From: Candidatus Nitrospinota bacterium M3_3B_026
GTDB lineage: Bacteria > Nitrospinota_A > UBA7883 > JBPRGF01
Length of the DNA: 64,000 nt
Assembly: GCA_051418015.1 (NCBI GenBank)
Contig: JBPRGF010000031.1
Location: forward strand, 139,167 to 203,166
Reading direction: 5' to 3'
The notes beneath the pieces were generated by a model. It did no database searches, had not been told where the DNA came from, and saw nothing but the letters and a program-made list of their open reading frames with translations. This document shows positions 59,332 through 64,000 of the stretch, piece by piece. The first letter of the stretch is position 1; each line of letters opens with the position of its first letter. The position numbers and the translations under genes are program-made.

Positions 59332-59490
59332 CGTGATCCTCCATCGCAAGCGATGACCATGATTTTATACGCCATCGGCCGCCCATATGAAGCCGAAATG
59401 CTGACATCAGCGTTATCAAAAACTTCCGCGAGGGGGAATGCTGCTGTAAAATCGGGTTATGGACGAAAACGCGGTCAAAGCGAGGACATC

Positions 59491-60222
59491 ATGAGCGACA
59501 GGGAGGAGACCTACCTGGCCGAGGACACTTTTCTGAAACAGTACCAGTACGTCCTCGACGAGATGCAGGCGGGCGACTCGTGGCGGCTTTTCAGGATCAT
59601 GGCGGAATTCGTCGACGGGTTCGACCTGCTTTCGCGGCAGGAGCCGATGGTCTCCGTCTTCGGCTCGGCCCGCGCCACGGAGTCCGACTACTACTATCCC
59701 ATAGCCATGAAGCTTGGCGCGAAGCTGGCCAAAAGCGGCATAGCGGTGATAACCGGCGGCGGGCCGGGGATAATGGAAGCGGCCAACCGCGGCGCCTTCG
59801 AGGCGGGGGGCAAGTCGATCGGCATCGGCATAGACCTGCCGCTGGAGCAGCCCGTCAACCGATACACGAACCAGGGCGTCACGCTGCGCCACTTCTTCGT
59901 CCGCAAGGTGATGCTGATAAAATACTCCCAGGCCTTCGTTATATTCCCCGGCGGATACGGGACGCTGGACGAGCTTTTCGAGGCGCTGAACCTGATGCGC
60001 ACCAGGATGATATTGCCGTTCCCGGTGATCCTCGTCGGCTCGGAGGACTGGAAGGGGATGATGGGCTGGCTGCGAAAGAACGTCCTCGCCCGCGGATACA
60101 TCGACGATGACGACTACGGCGCCGTCCACATCACCGACGACCTTGACGAGGTGGTGGCGATATGCCAGAAGTCGATAGTGGAGTCCACGAAATCGCAGTG
60201 GATAACCAAGGGGAGGAGATAG
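59491..60222 (+). CDS. LOG-family (TIGR00730) nucleotide phosphoribohydrolase-like protein
   Basis: SVFGSAR, TGGGPGIMEAAN, FFVRK, PGGYGTLDELFE. Confidence 0.92.
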   Translation: MSDREETYLAEDTFLKQYQYVLDEMQAGDSWRLFRIMAEFVDGFDLLSRQEPMVSVFGSARATESDYYYPIAMKLGAKLAKSGIAVITGGGPGIMEAANRGAFEAGGKSIGIGIDLPLEQPVNRYTNQGVTLRHFFVRKVMLIKYSQAFVIFPGGYGTLDELFEALNLMRTRMILPFPVILVGSEDWKGMMGWLRKNVLARGYIDDDDYGAVHITDDLDEVVAICQKSIVESTKSQWITKGRR

Positions 60223-60311
60223 GCCCCGGGGACGCGCAAGGGATCGGGGCGAACCTGCTTTGGCGGTGGATCATGGTTTCTGAGGGGGAAAAGACGGTTT
60301 TCAAAAACCGC

Positions 60312-61397
60312 GTGAGAAAACGGGGACGGGCGTGGCTTGCGGCCGCGGCGGCGCTTCTTTTGCTCTCCGGCGCGTGCGCCACCTACGAGGAAAGAGACGT
60401 GGCGGTCATCCCCTCCTGGCCGCCGCCGCCGGATCCGCCCAGGTTCGTCTACGAAACCACCCTGCGCTCGGACCTCAGCGTGAAGGAGGAAACCACGGAG
60501 AGCAGGTTCAAGGAATTCGCCTCCAAACACAAAAAGCCCCCGAAGGTCACGCTCGTGAAGCCTTTCGACGTCGCGGCGCGCAAGGGGCGGATAATCGTCA
60601 GCGACACGGTCATGAGAATCGTCTACCTGTTCGACGTCCCCCGGCGGTCGGTGTTCGTCTTCGGCAGGATGGAGGAGGGCGAGCTGGCCAAACCGGCGGG
60701 GGTGGACATCGACGACGAGCTGAACTTCTACGTCGCGGATGTCACCGCGAAAGTCGTGAAAGTCTACGACCCCGTAGGCCATTTCTCGCGTGAAATCGGC
60801 GAGGGGGAGGAGCTTGTCCGGCCGACCGACGTGGCGGTCAGCCCCAACGGCGAGAGAATCTACGTCGTCGACATGGGCGGGGTGGAGAGCATGAGCCACC
60901 GGATCGTGGTCTTCAACAAGAAAGGCGAGAAAATATCCGTCATCGGCGAACGCGGCCTGGGCGACGGCCAGTTCAACCTGCCCACCCACGCCGCCGTCGG
61001 CCCCGGAGGCAAGCTCTACGTGCTGGACTCCGGCAACTTCCGCGTGCAGGTCTTCGGCCCGGAGGGGGAGTTCATCAGCGCCTTCGGCGAGGTCGGCTCC
61101 GGCTACGGGAACCTGGCCCGGCCCAGGGGGCTGGGGGTGGACCAGGAGGGGAACGTCTACATCACCGACGCGGCTTTCCGCAACTTCCAGATATTCGACG
61201 AGCAAGGAAGGCTCCTCATGTTCATAGGCGGCGGGCCGGGCAGAGAGGACGGGCCGGGCAAGTATGTCCTCCCGGCGGGGATCACCGTGGACGAGACCAA
61301 CAGGGTCTATATCGTGGACCAGTTTTTCAAGAAGGTGGACGTCATCCGCCGCCTGTCGGACGAGGAGAGCGAGAAGCTGGCAAAGGAGCGGATGTAG
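60312..61397 (+). CDS. NHL-repeat 6-bladed beta-propeller lipoprotein
   Basis: Lipobox LSGAC, WPPPPDPPRF, repeated P.GV.VD...YVAD...V.VF blades. Start is GTG 60312 or ATG 60273. Confidence 0.88.
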   Translation: MRKRGRAWLAAAAALLLLSGACATYEERDVAVIPSWPPPPDPPRFVYETTLRSDLSVKEETTESRFKEFASKHKKPPKVTLVKPFDVAARKGRIIVSDTVMRIVYLFDVPRRSVFVFGRMEEGELAKPAGVDIDDELNFYVADVTAKVVKVYDPVGHFSREIGEGEELVRPTDVAVSPNGERIYVVDMGGVESMSHRIVVFNKKGEKISVIGERGLGDGQFNLPTHAAVGPGGKLYVLDSGNFRVQVFGPEGEFISAFGEVGSGYGNLARPRGLGVDQEGNVYITDAAFRNFQIFDEQGRLLMFIGGGPGREDGPGKYVLPAGITVDETNRVYIVDQFFKKVDVIRRLSDEESEKLAKERM

Positions 61398-61594
61398 CCG
61401 CCAGTCCTATCCTCCCCCTCGACGGGGGAGGACAAAGGTGGGGGTGATTGATTTTAATACCCCCTCCCCTGACGTCCCCTCCCTCCGGGGGAGGGGAAGT
61501 TGCAGGCCGTCGCGGGCGCGAGCGGGCTTCGGGCTTCGATCTCAAAAACCCTCCCTCCAGGGGAGGGGATTTAATAGATTCTGTTATTTCTTTA
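61398..61594. repeat. Palindromic spacer repeat, copy A (downstream of the cytochrome array)
   Basis: TCCTCCCCCTCGACGGGGGAGGA and CCCCTCCCTCC.GGGGAGGGG hairpins, ending in GGGGATTTAATAGATTCTGTTATTTCTTTA, which recurs at about 62610 and, with one mismatch, at about 63688. Confidence 0.9.
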
Positions 61595-62575
61595 TCACTT
61601 GTCATGACACGTCAGGCACAATGACGAAGCGTTGTTGTTGTTCACGCGCAGAAACGATGGGATGAACTCGCTGCCCGGCCCGGCGGACTCGACGCCGTGG
61701 GGGTCGTGGCAGGAGGCGCATTCGACCTCGTAGCCGTCGCCTGTGTCATAGAAACGAACCTCGTTGTTGTCCGCCCGCCCGTCGCCGTTCAGGTCGAAAA
61801 ACTGAAGCGTCCCGTCCGTCGCCGTCGGCGCCTTGAAGTCGTAGGTGGCGGTGTCGGGAAGTTTCACCCCTACCGGGTGGTCGTCGCGAAGGTCCGTGCC
61901 GATGACGAAAGCGGTGAAAAGAGGAGTATTCGAAAGCGACCCGTCATGGCATTCCATGCACCCTTTTTCCTGCCCGGAATAATCAGATGAGGCGAGGGCA
62001 AAATGCTTCTTGGGATCGGGCCATGTATCCAGGAACGCATAGCTGACGCTCGTCTCCTGCGCGGCGCTGTATCGGCCCGATCCCGGCATGTTGATGATGG
62101 AATCGATCGCCGTCACGCCGTCGTGGCAGGACAGGCAGGTCAGCGAGTTAACCCCCGGCTGGGTGGGGGACTGGCCGGACTGCAGGGGGATGTTGTAGAG
62201 GGTGTACGTGTTCGCCTGAACCGTCCTGTTCCAGAGGGGCGCCTTGGGTACGGTGGAGTTGGAGCCATGCGGCGTATGACAATAGACGCATACTTCGCCA
62301 TACCGGTTGTTGACACCGGTGACCATCCACTCCATCGCGGAGCCGTAGGAGAAGCTCATGTTGTGGCGGGTGTTTGTTATCCCCCCGGTGTTGCTTGCGT
62401 TCGTGTCTGGATCCCACCCATCGGCGAGGGCCGTGGACGCGCCCATGGCAACGATTACCAGCGCAAGCAACGCGGCGGCCAGATGGTTTTTCAGCCGCGC
62501 TGGCGCTGATGGAGCCGCCGCTTTCATCCTCCCCCTCAACGGGGGAGGATAAAGGTGGGGGTGAATGGATTTCAT
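61595..62575 (-). CDS. OmcE-like pentaheme c-type cytochrome, paralog 1
   Basis: Signal peptide, CVYCHTPH, CLSCH, CMECH, CASCHDPH, CLTCH, plus PLWNR, GTDL..DHPV and FLR. Start is uncertain (62650, 62575 or 62527). Confidence 0.9.
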   Translation of the reverse strand: MKSIHPHLYPPPLRGRMKAAAPSAPARLKNHLAAALLALVIVAMGASTALADGWDPDTNASNTGGITNTRHNMSFSYGSAMEWMVTGVNNRYGEVCVYCHTPHGSNSTVPKAPLWNRTVQANTYTLYNIPLQSGQSPTQPGVNSLTCLSCHDGVTAIDSIINMPGSGRYSAAQETSVSYAFLDTWPDPKKHFALASSDYSGQEKGCMECHDGSLSNTPLFTAFVIGTDLRDDHPVGVKLPDTATYDFKAPTATDGTLQFFDLNGDGRADNNEVRFYDTGDGYEVECASCHDPHGVESAGPGSEFIPSFLRVNNNNASSLCLTCHDK

Positions 62576-62639
62576 ACCCCCTCCCCTGAAGTCCCCTCCC
62601 TCCGGGGGAGGGGATTTAATAGATTCTGTTATTTCTTTA
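62520..62639. repeat. Palindromic spacer repeat, copy B (overlaps the start of paralog 1)
   Basis: Near-identical to copies A and C. Confidence 0.9.
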
Positions 62640-63653
62640 TCACTTGTCATGACACGTCAGGCACAATGACGAAGCGTTGTTGTTGTTCACGCGCAGAAAC
62701 GACGGGATGAACTCGCTTCCCGGCCCGGCGGACTCGACCCCGTGGGGGTCGTGGCAGGAGGCGCATTCGACCTCGAACCCTTCGCCGGTGTCGTAGAAAC
62801 GGACCTCGTTGTTGTCCGCCCGGCCGTCGCCGTTGGTGTCGAAGAATTTCAAGGTTCCGTCAGTCGCCGTCGGCGCCTTGAAGTCGTAGGTGGCGGTGTC
62901 GGGAAGTTTCACGCCGACGGGATGGTCGTTTGTCAGGTCGGTTCCCAGGGCGAAGGCGTCAAAGGGGATGACCGGAATTAATCCATTTGTGCTATGACAA
63001 TTGAGGCATGATGATGTATCACCGAAACCATCATTGTTAGCGTCGACCCATTCCCCGAGGACGAAGTGAGGATCACCGGGAGTCCGGGTACCCGTCCATG
63101 TATCCAGAAAAGCGTCGCTTTGGGTTGTCTGTTGCGCGGCGCTATATTTTCCTGATCCGGGCATATTGATGATGGAGTCTATCGCCACCGTGCCGTCGTG
63201 GCAGGAAAGGCAGGTGAGCGAGTTTACTCCCGGCTGGGTGGGGGACTGGCCGGACTGGAGCGGAATATTGTACAGTGTGTATGTGTTGTCCGGGTTCGTG
63301 CGGTTCCAGAGCGGCGCGTCGATCGTGTTGTTGGCGCCGTGCGGCGTATGGCAGTAGACGCACACCTCGCCGTAATTGTTGCGCCAGTAGTCCATCGCGC
63401 CGGTCGCCCACGAAATGGGCAAGAACGACAACGAAAGGTTGTGCCGGGTATTGGCGATGGAGCCGGTGTTGCTCGCCTTTGTGTTGGACGCCCATCCGTC
63501 GGCGAAGGCCGTGGACGCGCCCATGGCAACGATTACCAGCGCAAGCAACACGGCGGCCAGATGGTTTTTCAGCCGCGCTGGCGCTGATGGAGACGCCAGT
63601 CCTATCCTCCCCCTCGACGGGGGAGGATAAAGGTAGGGGTGAATGGATTTCAT
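62640..63653 (-). CDS. OmcE-like pentaheme c-type cytochrome, paralog 2
   Basis: CVYCHTPH, CLSCH, CLNCH, CASCHDPH, CLTCH. C-terminus nearly identical to paralog 1. Start is uncertain (63728 or 63653). Confidence 0.9.
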   Translation of the reverse strand: MKSIHPYLYPPPSRGRIGLASPSAPARLKNHLAAVLLALVIVAMGASTAFADGWASNTKASNTGSIANTRHNLSLSFLPISWATGAMDYWRNNYGEVCVYCHTPHGANNTIDAPLWNRTNPDNTYTLYNIPLQSGQSPTQPGVNSLTCLSCHDGTVAIDSIINMPGSGKYSAAQQTTQSDAFLDTWTGTRTPGDPHFVLGEWVDANNDGFGDTSSCLNCHSTNGLIPVIPFDAFALGTDLTNDHPVGVKLPDTATYDFKAPTATDGTLKFFDTNGDGRADNNEVRFYDTGEGFEVECASCHDPHGVESAGPGSEFIPSFLRVNNNNASSLCLTCHDK

Positions 63654-63717
63654 ACCCCCTCCCCTGAAGTCCCCTCCCTCCGGGGGAGGGGATTTAATAG
63701 ATGCTGTTATTTCTTTA
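63594..63717. repeat. Palindromic spacer repeat, copy C (overlaps the start of paralog 2)
   Basis: Near-identical to copies A and B. Confidence 0.9.
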
Positions 63718-64000
63718 TCACTTGTCATGACACGTCAGGCAAAGCGACGAGGCGTTGTTGTTGTTCACCCGTAAAAACGACGGGATGAACTCGCTGCCCG
63801 GCCCGGCGGACTCCACCCCGTGCGGATCGTGGCAGGAGGCGCATTCGACCTCGTAGCCGTCGCCGCCGCCGCTGTCGTAGAACCGCACCTCGTTGGAGTC
63901 GGCCCTGCCGTCTGCGTCCAGGTCAAAGAATTTCAAGGACCCGTCAGTCGCCGTCGGCGCGTTGAAGTCATAGGTGTTCGTGTCGGGAAGCTCCACGCCG
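63718..64000 (-). CDS. OmcE-like multiheme cytochrome, paralog 3 (5' part outside the window)
   Basis: GVELPDT...EVECASCHDPHGVESAGPGSEFIPSFLRVNNNNASSLCLTCHDK. The last 38 residues are identical to paralogs 1 and 2. Confidence 0.9.
   Translation of the reverse strand, partial: GVELPDTNTYDFNAPTATDGSLKFFDLDADGRADSNEVRFYDSGGGDGYEVECASCHDPHGVESAGPGSEFIPSFLRVNNNNASSLCLTCHDK

Noticed and set aside
61342..61605. 87-aa ORF sharing the MTSDKEIT start with the cytochrome ORFs
   Set aside because: It is a translation of the terminal spacer repeat, has no signal peptide or CxxCH, and runs antisense into the NHL gene.
61398..64000. CRISPR array in the repeated spacer region
   Set aside because: The period is about 1.05 kb, the intervening DNA is paralogous coding sequence, and no cas genes are present.
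61595..64000. Diversity-generating retroelement (template/variable repeats) among the cytochrome 3' ends
   Set aside because: Differences are mostly synonymous third-position changes and are not adenine-specific. No reverse transcriptase is in the window.

Overview
GC-rich chromosomal window from a diderm bacterium. The taxon cannot be fixed from sequence alone; the gene set would fit Nitrospinota or Desulfobacterota, which is inference only. Most of it is housekeeping: dprA, glnE, ntrC, purM, purF, dnaB, alr, an EF-G paralog, glyS, dacB, recJ, crcB, rnhA, ald, mutS and an initiator tRNA-Met. Four accessory elements stand out. (1) At the right end (61.6 kb to the window edge) is a tandem array of at least three paralogous multiheme c-type cytochromes. 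Their motif order matches the Geobacter nanowire subunit OmcE as I recall it. The two complete copies carry a fifth heme in a hypervariable insert, and all three carry an EF-hand-type loop. The copies are separated by palindromic repeats that appear to supply their start codons, and an NHL beta-propeller lipoprotein gene lies next to the array. This is the best candidate for an undescribed system. (2) An ectoine locus (ectR, ectABC, ehuBCDA) has a GIY-YIG-like gene and a radical SAM/SPASM gene between ectR and ectA, an in-frame internally deleted ectD, and a methyltransferase/sulfotransferase/glycosyltransferase tail that ends inside the tRNA 3' end. (3) An AT-rich HEPN-like (Rx4H) orphan gene lies directly behind mutS. 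(4) Several families of intergenic REP/MITE-like palindromes are scattered through the window. No CRISPR array, integrase, transposase or reverse transcriptase was seen.
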